A stretch of DNA of 31,276 nt from a virus (Duplodnaviria; Caudoviricetes): IMG/VR virus record IMGVR_UViG_3300046832_001180, positions 1 through 31,276 of that record, one strand, 5' to 3'. A program made the translations under genes and the position numbers. This document shows positions 1 to 6,446 of the stretch, in pieces (positions within the stretch are counted from its first letter, which is position 1; every line of letters begins with the position of its first letter). Under the pieces are notes generated by a model. The model was not told where the DNA came from and made no database searches. It saw nothing but the letters and a program-made list of their open reading frames with translations.

Positions 1-236
1 GAGACTTCACAATTACAGACCACCAAGTGTGGCAAGAACATGGTGAGCATTTGGAACGTGAACTCAACGAAGCCAACAAAACAAACAGACTCCAATACGA
101 ACTGATAACGACCGCAGAAAAGCGTGGAGTAGATAAAAGTAAAGAGGAACTCAATCGTCTCAACGACCGCATCAAACAACTCGAAGCCAAAGTGGACGAA
201 CTCCACGACTTGGAGAAATGGTTGGAGGGAAGATGA
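1..236 (+). CDS. Hypothetical coiled-coil phage protein, 5'-truncated
   Basis: The frame of ORF 27..236 is open back to the window edge (DFTITDHQVWQ...). Heptad-like LERELNE/LNDRIKQLEAKVDEL. Its stop overlaps the next ATG (ATGA). Confidence 0.7.
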   Translation, partial: DFTITDHQVWQEHGEHLERELNEANKTNRLQYELITTAEKRGVDKSKEELNRLNDRIKQLEAKVDELHDLEKWLEGR

Positions 237-451
237 TTGTACCCATCGGCCCTGCCGCATTCGTGTTCCGTCACAATCGAACCGGCCAGATTGTCGTCGC
301 ACCCAGCGAGCGGTGGCATGAGTACTACGACAAAAAGGAGGACTGGGAACATACTGCGAGCGTGAATGCTTGCGGAGCTTTACAGTACATCATCGACGCC
401 AAACCGGCTGAGAGGAACCGATACATCAAGTCACTTACGGAGAAACCATGA
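233..451 (+). CDS. Hypothetical phage protein (72 aa)
   Basis: ATG at 233 in an ATGA overlap with the upstream stop; ends in an ATGA overlap with the next gene. Confidence 0.7.
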   Translation: MIVPIGPAAFVFRHNRTGQIVVAPSERWHEYYDKKEDWEHTASVNACGALQYIIDAKPAERNRYIKSLTEKP

Positions 452-633
452 AGGTTAAAAAGAAAAGCACAGTCATCACAATCGACTCAGAACTTCATTC
501 CGAGCTGCGCGCTGTTAGCGAAAAGCATGGAATCAAGATCGGATTTCTCGCTGAAAAAGCGGTGAGAGAACTGCTGGCAAAGATGAGCAATACGACGCAA
601 GTAAGCGCATCCTTGACGGCAGTCACCCATTAG
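448..633 (+). CDS. Small ribbon-helix-helix (Arc/CopG-like) DNA-binding protein
   Basis: Beta-strand TVITIDSELH followed by helix-G-helix (ELRAVSEKHGIKIGFLAEKAVRELL), the typical RHH pattern. Confidence 0.65.
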   Translation: MKVKKKSTVITIDSELHSELRAVSEKHGIKIGFLAEKAVRELLAKMSNTTQVSASLTAVTH

Positions 634-640
634 TAAGCGA

Positions 641-698
641 TTCGTACCGTGTGGTACGGACAACACCCTCTGGCCGTCATGAAGCGGCGGTCGGAGGG
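641..698 (+). promoter_or_regulatory. Two tandem RNA hairpins in the helicase leader
   Basis: TTCGTACC-gtgt-GGTACGGA (641-660) and CCCTCTGGCCGTC-atgaagc-GGCGGTCGGAGGG (666-698). The G-U pairs only form on the + strand transcript. Confidence 0.55.
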
Positions 699-715
699 AC
701 AAATTTCCTAAAACT

Positions 716-1795
716 ATGAATCTAAGAGAATACCAACAGAAAGCAGTAGAGTGGGCCAAAACTAGCGATGGTCTGATCATCGCACCGGCTGGCAGCGGTA
801 AGACCTGGATTGCCGCGAGCATCATCAAGCACTTCCAACATAGCTTGGGTGGGGCTAGATTTGGCTGGCTCGCTCCAACCCGCGAGACATGTCAGCAAGC
901 GCGCACCTCGCTCCGTGTTGCCGGTGTGCCTGACGAGATTGTGGATATCCGCTGTCCGTATGAATCAGTGGACTTCAGTAACAAGAACCTTCTCATCGTT
1001 GACGAAGCGAAGCACAGCCCTGCTGCCGGATGGCGTCGCATCATCGAGTCCTGCAAAGGCTTTCGCTACGGCTTTGACGCAACTCCTTGGGGCGACGACC
1101 CAGAACGGAACACGGTGACTCGAACGCTATTCCGCAATCGTCAGTACGAAATCAAGCGAAGCGACATCGGCGATTCATTGGCCGACGCTTACCTCGAAAT
1201 CAGCGATGCCACCGACCTCAACATCCAGCAGAAGATCGATGACAACATCGACCGGCTTTTTGTAACAAGACGGCGGTACATGCGGATAAGTGATGACGAA
1301 TTAAAACGTATGTGCGCTTGGGAATCCTTGGTGGACATCGGAATCTGCCAGAACCGAGACAGGAATGCGTACGCCGTCGATTACGCGCTTGAGCATCTGG
1401 ACATGCAGACGCTCATCCTCATCCCACGCATCACGCTAGGAGAGGAATACGAGGCGGCGATTCCACGTTCGCTCCTTGTCCACTCCAAGATCGGCAAGAA
1501 GCAGCGCAAGGCGGCGATGGAGGAGTTCAAAGCCGGAAACCTGCGAACCATGATTGCCACATCACTGGCCGACGAAGGACTCGATCTTCCGAATGTCGAA
1601 CTGCTCATCATGGTGAGCGGCGGTCGGTCGTCGCAGAAGACGATTCAGAGGGCGAGTCGCGCACTGCGGAAAACAGATTCCAAAAACTGTGCGACAATCG
1701 TTGATTTTTCGGACAAGTTTCATCCCATCGGAGCGTTCCACGCAAAGAAGCGAATGAAATGCTACCGTGAACTAGGTTGCGTATTTTTACAATGA
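716..1795 (+). CDS. Superfamily II (DExH-like, ResIII/UvsW-type) DNA helicase
   Basis: Q motif LREYQ, Walker A APAGSGKT, motif II LIVDEAKH, motif III GFDATP, motif V EGLDLP, motif VI QRASRALR. Confidence 0.92.
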   Translation: MNLREYQQKAVEWAKTSDGLIIAPAGSGKTWIAASIIKHFQHSLGGARFGWLAPTRETCQQARTSLRVAGVPDEIVDIRCPYESVDFSNKNLLIVDEAKHSPAAGWRRIIESCKGFRYGFDATPWGDDPERNTVTRTLFRNRQYEIKRSDIGDSLADAYLEISDATDLNIQQKIDDNIDRLFVTRRRYMRISDDELKRMCAWESLVDIGICQNRDRNAYAVDYALEHLDMQTLILIPRITLGEEYEAAIPRSLLVHSKIGKKQRKAAMEEFKAGNLRTMIATSLADEGLDLPNVELLIMVSGGRSSQKTIQRASRALRKTDSKNCATIVDFSDKFHPIGAFHAKKRMKCYRELGCVFLQ

Positions 1796-2145
1796 ACACG
1801 ATGAACGAAGTGACTTCCGCTTCACCAAGCGAAAACTCAGTCTCCCTTATTGGGGAGTTAAGAGCCACAACCAGAAAATCAGAAACAAAAACTGGCGCAC
1901 TAATGGTTCGCCGCGTGATTTCAATTGCCCGACACTGGACTGACCAAGACGGTCGTTTAATTGAAGATTACGATGATTTTGAGCTTTCTTCTTGGGGTGG
2001 AGTTGCGGAACGGATGTTGGAGATATCAACCGGATCTTTGGTGAGAGTTAGAGGCAGGGTAAAAGTAGAGCGATGGATAGATGGGGCGGAGACTAAATCT
2101 GCCGTTCGAATCGCCGCTGAACACGTTCAAGTTCTTTGCCTCTAA
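1792..2145 (+). CDS. ssb: Single-stranded DNA-binding protein (OB fold)
   Basis: NSVSLIG...ISIAR.W....G......F..SSWG..AE......GSLVRVRGRVKVERW....TKS...I.AE.V pattern. ATG at 1792 overlaps the helicase stop. Confidence 0.8.
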   Translation: MNTMNEVTSASPSENSVSLIGELRATTRKSETKTGALMVRRVISIARHWTDQDGRLIEDYDDFELSSWGGVAERMLEISTGSLVRVRGRVKVERWIDGAETKSAVRIAAEHVQVLCL

Positions 2146-2154
2146 GTACTAATT

Positions 2155-2619
2155 ATGAAAAAATGTTCTGGATGTGGTCTTGAAAAGAATTTGGAGTGCT
2201 TTTCGAAAAAAGTGTCATCGAAAAACATTTTGCAGTCGAAATGCAAGACATGCAGTTTGCTCTATCAGGCTGAATACAGATCAAAAAACTCAGAAAGATT
2301 ACTTCTGCAAAGAAGAGAAAAATACCAGAAGATTAAGTCCGATCCTGTTCGTCGCGCTATATATCTTGAATCCATAAAAATCAACACCGTGCGCTCCCAT
2401 CAGCGGAATCCAGGAAAACAGCAAGCAAGGATGGCTGTTGATTATGCCATCAGAAAAAATCAGTTAATCAGGCCAAATTTTTGCAATGAATGTGGTGTTC
2501 CGTGCAAGCCTGAGGCGCACCATGAAAGCTATGAAAAAGATCAATGGCTGAACGTGAGATGGATGTGTAGATCCTGTCATGCAGCCAACCACAGAAAACA
2601 CAAAGTACTAAGCGAATGA
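2155..2619 (+). CDS. HNH endonuclease with N-terminal zinc finger (probable homing endonuclease)
   Basis: N-terminal CSGC...CKTC, basic helical linker, C-terminal CNECG...EAHHESY...VRWMCRSCH...H. Visibly more AT-rich than its neighbours. Confidence 0.8.
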   Translation: MKKCSGCGLEKNLECFSKKVSSKNILQSKCKTCSLLYQAEYRSKNSERLLLQRREKYQKIKSDPVRRAIYLESIKINTVRSHQRNPGKQQARMAVDYAIRKNQLIRPNFCNECGVPCKPEAHHESYEKDQWLNVRWMCRSCHAANHRKHKVLSE

Positions 2620-3077
2620 AATCAAACCAAACAATCGTTGCGGTCGATCCTGGTGTCGGAGGCGGATTCGCGGTCAAAACAGCAGATGAAATTTTGCTCT
2701 TTCCAATGCCCGAATCATTGCCCGATATGGCGCAACTACTAAGCGGATTCAAATTAGCAGATAGCCACTTGTGGATTGAGAAAGTTCCCAAGTTCGTGTC
2801 TAAGCTGACACCCGCCGCAAGCGTCGCAACACTCCATGAAAACTACGGCATCATCCAAGGACTGGCCTACGCTCAAGGGTATGCGCTTCACCGAGTTGAA
2901 CCCAAGATCTGGCAGGAACCTCTCGGACTCGGCGGTAGAAAGGCGTGCGCCACTGGTCCTGAGTGGAAGCGAAAGCTAAAATCGAAGGCTCAGGAACTAT
3001 ATCCGAATCTGGATGTCAGTCTCAAGAACTGTGACGCCCTGCTCATTCTCCATTACGCTCAAGGAGGCGGCAGATGA
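2616..3077 (+). CDS. RuvC-like Holliday junction resolvase
   Basis: IVAVDPGVGGG, IEKV, VEPKIWQ..LG and DALLI motifs of phage RuvC-like nucleases. Confidence 0.85.
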   Translation: MKSNQTIVAVDPGVGGGFAVKTADEILLFPMPESLPDMAQLLSGFKLADSHLWIEKVPKFVSKLTPAASVATLHENYGIIQGLAYAQGYALHRVEPKIWQEPLGLGGRKACATGPEWKRKLKSKAQELYPNLDVSLKNCDALLILHYAQGGGR

Positions 3078-3193
3078 TTCGTAGGATGAATCGGCCACCG
3101 TCGCCTGAAGAGCTGAAGCAAATGCTCATCGCTGCATTCGCTATGGGCGTCGTCATCACTAGCGCGTACTTCATTCTCTTTGTCATCAAATGA
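3074..3193 (+). CDS. Small single-pass membrane protein (39 aa; not in ORF track)
   Basis: Manual translation MIRRMNRPPSPEELKQMLIAAFAMGVVITSAYFILFVIK. ATGA overlaps at both ends fill the gap exactly. Confidence 0.7.
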   Translation: MIRRMNRPPSPEELKQMLIAAFAMGVVITSAYFILFVIK

Positions 3194-3396
3194 GCCAAGA
3201 ACTCGAAGACCTCAAAGAAGAGCTGGCAGAGTACAAATGGATTTCCAAGGAGCTTGCGAAAGCACTTGGCTGCGGATGCACAATCGGAGGAGACTTCGAT
3301 CTATGCATCGACTGCACCGACACGCAGAAAGCATACAAACGAATACAGAAAATATATGAGCCTAAACAGTGCGAACAAAATAGTCAGAATCGCTGA
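3190..3396 (+). CDS. Hypothetical protein with CGC...CxxC putative zinc site
   Basis: ATGA-coupled start; GCGC...LCIDC. Confidence 0.6.
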   Translation: MSQELEDLKEELAEYKWISKELAKALGCGCTIGGDFDLCIDCTDTQKAYKRIQKIYEPKQCEQNSQNR

Positions 3397-3568
3397 AGCC
3401 GATGAATCAACGCCACGCATCGATTTCGCGTACATCGACAAGAAGTATAAGGAATGGCTTGTCCGCCGTGGATTCGCCAGCGAAGAGCAAACTGAACTCG
3501 GCATGCGACGTTCCGAAGGTCGTCGCGGTCGTGCGGTCAAACGAATCAATTCCGATGAAAGCATCTGA
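3356..3568 (+). CDS. Hypothetical protein (70 aa)
   Basis: ATG at 3356 within ORF 3254..3568; tiles with its neighbours. Confidence 0.55.
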   Translation: MSLNSANKIVRIAEADESTPRIDFAYIDKKYKEWLVRRGFASEEQTELGMRRSEGRRGRAVKRINSDESI

Positions 3569-3761
3569 AATATCCCGAGAACAACTCTTGAAGGAAGCTC
3601 CGCGCCTCATTGACTATGCGATTCTTCGAGGTTGGATGAGCAAGCCAGCGAAGCCAAAACGCAGCGTGGATGGCGGATGGCAAGCGGTTGGAGTCGGCCA
3701 TCTCGACGACGCTTCTGAAGATGAAATACAAGAACTCAGGAAACAGCTCAGTGGAAGTTGA
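3555..3761 (+). CDS. Hypothetical protein (68 aa)
   Basis: ATG at 3555 (MKASEISREQLL...) within ORF 3402..3761; tiles with its neighbours. Confidence 0.55.
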   Translation: MKASEISREQLLKEAPRLIDYAILRGWMSKPAKPKRSVDGGWQAVGVGHLDDASEDEIQELRKQLSGS

Positions 3762-3906
3762 ACTCCTGTCCGACGACGTAGAGATAAGGATCGGAGAAAC
3801 CAAGTGGGCTGGCGTGGCCTACATGCGCGAAGGCAAGAGCAAGGTCTACGTTCGAACCAAAGCCGAATTCAAGGCCAAGTTCGTTCTGATCGATGCGAAG
3901 CCCTAA
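3721..3906 (+). CDS. Small beta-rich protein, DUF1653-like
   Basis: MKYKN...VAY.....KVYVRTKAEFKAKF resembles the YxH...VVY...WVRPxxxF pattern of DUF1653. Confidence 0.55.
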   Translation: MKYKNSGNSSVEVELLSDDVEIRIGETKWAGVAYMREGKSKVYVRTKAEFKAKFVLIDAKP

Positions 3907-4117
3907 ACTATACATCGCCGCACAAGAGCAGCTCTTTGCGAAGTTTCAGTCACGCTCCATCGCCATCCAGCATTGGAGCAAATATCTGATGACTCCCAAA
4001 GAGCTTGCTCTCCTTTTCAGCAAGTTAGAGAAATCAAATTCAGTCCTCTCCGAAATCGCCAAGACTGATCTTGGTCGAAGCGGGGAGATAGCGAGAAAAC
4101 AACTTGGAATCGAATGA
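3893..4117 (+). CDS. Hypothetical protein (74 aa)
   Basis: ORF track; ATGA overlap with the primase-helicase start. Confidence 0.65.
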   Translation: MRSPKLYIAAQEQLFAKFQSRSIAIQHWSKYLMTPKELALLFSKLEKSNSVLSEIAKTDLGRSGEIARKQLGIE

Positions 4118-5952
4118 ATCAATCAAAAGTAGATCGTGCGCGCGCATGGCTGCGTAACACGCCAGGAGCCGTCTCAGGTCAGAATGGGCATGGAGCAACC
4201 TTCGCAGTAGCAACCTCGCTCATACACGGTTTTGAGCTGAATGCGGGGGATGCCGAAACGCTCATGCATGAGTACAACTCGAAATGCCTCCCGCCGTGGA
4301 AGCCGCATGAACTGGCCCACAAGCTGAACGAGGCCGCAAAAGTAGCGCACGACAAGCCGCGTGGCTGGCTTCTGGAATCGCATCCCGGCATCGGTCAGGG
4401 TGGCACTCCCGTATCGCCTACCGGCAAGTTTGTGGTGCGGAAGATCCAAGCAATTCCGCAATCGGACTTTCGATTTTCAACCATAGATTTCTTAAAAGCC
4501 TGCTTCGAACCGGACGAAGTTGTCTGCATCTGCAATGACATCGTAAGCGACGACGAAGGTCGGACTCGACCAAACTCCAAGGGTACATTTCTCAAGCGCG
4601 ACGAATGGATTGAGAAGCATTTCACGCCGCCAATTAGTTCCATGTGGAACGGTCCTGACAGCCGTGGCGCTTACGTCCGCGTCAACCCGTGCTTCGATGA
4701 GAGCGGTTCTGATTCCGGCGTGGCAGCGTTCCGCCATGTCCTGGTCGAGATGGACGAGAAGACCAAGGACGAGCAATGGACGATCCTCAAGGAGTCGAAG
4801 CTGCCCATGTCTGTCGTCATCGATTCCGGTGGCAAGAGCTTGCACGGCTGGGTGCGAGTCGAAGCGGCGAACAAGGAGGAATGGAGCGAGCGTCGTGATG
4901 TCGTCTATCGCCAGCTAGAGACTCTCGGCATCGATCCGAAGAACAAGAACGCGAGCAGGTTCAGCCGTCTTGCCGGTGTGATGCGCGATGGAAAGGAGCA
5001 GAAGCTGTTGGCCATCAATGTCGGGTCGGTCAACTGGGATGCATTCACGGACTATCTGGAGTCGCAGGACATGCCTCAGGAGTTCTCGCTCGATAGCATC
5101 ATCGAGTACGACCCTAAGAATGATCCTGACAATCTGATCGGCGACAGATGGCTACGTCGCGGTTCATCGCTTCTCTTCGTCGGCCAAAGCGGTTGCGGCA
5201 AAAGCTCGATGGCCGCGTATCAGGGGATGAAGTGGGCATCCGGCGAAGCGTGGTTCGGCGTCAAACCTGTGCGCGCGCTCAAGGTGGCCTACATCCAAGC
5301 TGAGAACGACATTGCCGATCAGCATGACGCGCTCAAAGGCGCTGCTCAGATGACGTTCGGAAAAGAGAACTGGGAGCGAGGATTGCGGAATGCGAACATG
5401 CTCTTCTTCCGCGAAACGGTTCGAACCGGGGCTGACTTCGCCACAATGCTCCGCCGTCTCGTTCGCAAGACCAAGGCTGACGTTGTTTACATCGATCCGC
5501 TGCTCTCCTACATGGGCGGCAATCCTGCGGACATTGAGGTATGCGCGAACTTCACGCGACATCTGCTCCAGCCGATTATGATGGAGACAGGCGTTGTCCT
5601 GGTACTCGTCCATCACTTCCCTAAGCCGAAGGGCAAGGATGACAAGCCTGAGAGCGTGGCAGATTTGGCCTACTCAGGATTCGGATCGTCGGATCTGACG
5701 AACTGGGCGAGAGAGGTGATTGTGATGAAGGAGGTTGGCTTCAACAATCCGCGCAAGTTCATGCTTGGCATGGCGAAACGGGCAGACCGTTCCGGCATGA
5801 CAGACAAGGACGGAAAAGTCACCGGATCGATTATGATCCAGCGTGGCACAGGCGGCGACATCTCATGGAACTACGCAGAACCAGAGAAGTTCGTCGTTGA
5901 TAAGGAGTCGGCCAAAAAGCCGTACTCCAAAGGACGATATCCTAAGCGTTAG
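4114..5952 (+). CDS. Primase-helicase: PriCT-like N-terminus, AEP/RepB-type primase, RepA/AAA_25 RecA-family helicase
   Basis: N-terminal helical domain (YNSKCLPPW...EL.HK); primase motifs LVEMD, IDSGGKSLHGW, DPKNKNASRFSRL; helicase Walker A GQSGCGKS, YIQAEND, Walker B VYIDPL, LVHH. Confidence 0.88.
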   Translation: MNQSKVDRARAWLRNTPGAVSGQNGHGATFAVATSLIHGFELNAGDAETLMHEYNSKCLPPWKPHELAHKLNEAAKVAHDKPRGWLLESHPGIGQGGTPVSPTGKFVVRKIQAIPQSDFRFSTIDFLKACFEPDEVVCICNDIVSDDEGRTRPNSKGTFLKRDEWIEKHFTPPISSMWNGPDSRGAYVRVNPCFDESGSDSGVAAFRHVLVEMDEKTKDEQWTILKESKLPMSVVIDSGGKSLHGWVRVEAANKEEWSERRDVVYRQLETLGIDPKNKNASRFSRLAGVMRDGKEQKLLAINVGSVNWDAFTDYLESQDMPQEFSLDSIIEYDPKNDPDNLIGDRWLRRGSSLLFVGQSGCGKSSMAAYQGMKWASGEAWFGVKPVRALKVAYIQAENDIADQHDALKGAAQMTFGKENWERGLRNANMLFFRETVRTGADFATMLRRLVRKTKADVVYIDPLLSYMGGNPADIEVCANFTRHLLQPIMMETGVVLVLVHHFPKPKGKDDKPESVADLAYSGFGSSDLTNWAREVIVMKEVGFNNPRKFMLGMAKRADRSGMTDKDGKVTGSIMIQRGTGGDISWNYAEPEKFVVDKESAKKPYSKGRYPKR

Positions 5953-6130
5953 CCTTCTCACGCATGGCGCGGCGACGGCCTTTCGCAGCGAGCGATTGGA
6001 ACTTCGCCTTGCCGTATTTTTTGCGGCCAATGGCTGCACTTAATGCAGCAGGATCTTTCACACCCTTCTTCTCAAGCTGACCAACGAGTTTCTCGTAACG
6101 TCCGCCACCGCCAAGTTTCATCTTGTCCAT
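5942..6130 (-). CDS. Small basic phage protein (62 aa)
   Basis: K/R/G/A-rich (ALSAAIGRKKYGK). Last gene of the - strand operon; overlaps the primase-helicase 3' end convergently by 11 nt. Confidence 0.7.
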   Translation of the reverse strand: MDKMKLGGGGRYEKLVGQLEKKGVKDPAALSAAIGRKKYGKAKFQSLAAKGRRRAMREKANA

Positions 6131-6134
6131 AAAT

Positions 6135-6446
6135 TCAAATAGGGTTTGAGGTTAAAACCGACAGAACAATCGCCAGAATCCAAGCGGCGCAGGACCAAAA
6201 TTTAGGCGTCGTCTTGTCCTTCGCACTGGCGCAGTTATGCCGCGCGCGGAAATTCTTACGACGCTCAGGATTCGACTTTTTGATCGTCATGTTGGCGTCT
6301 CCAAAGCGAACCTTGATGACGTTGCCGTTGTCATTCTTGACATACACCGCGCTCTTCTTTCGCTCGCCAGGAGTGTAGAACGGCTTGTTGAGCGTCACCT
6401 TCTTGCCCTGATAGGTATTACCCTTTTTGGAGAGGGAGGTTTTCAT
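6135..6446 (-). CDS. Basic phage protein of the RFG...RRxxFRARHxC...WSC type (DUF5754-like)
   Basis: KKSAVYVK...VRFGD...ERRKNFRARHNC...KFWSC motif. Start coupled to the upstream stop (TAATG). Confidence 0.7.
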   Translation of the reverse strand: MKTSLSKKGNTYQGKKVTLNKPFYTPGERKKSAVYVKNDNGNVIKVRFGDANMTIKKSNPERRKNFRARHNCASAKDKTTPKFWSCAAWILAIVLSVLTSNPI

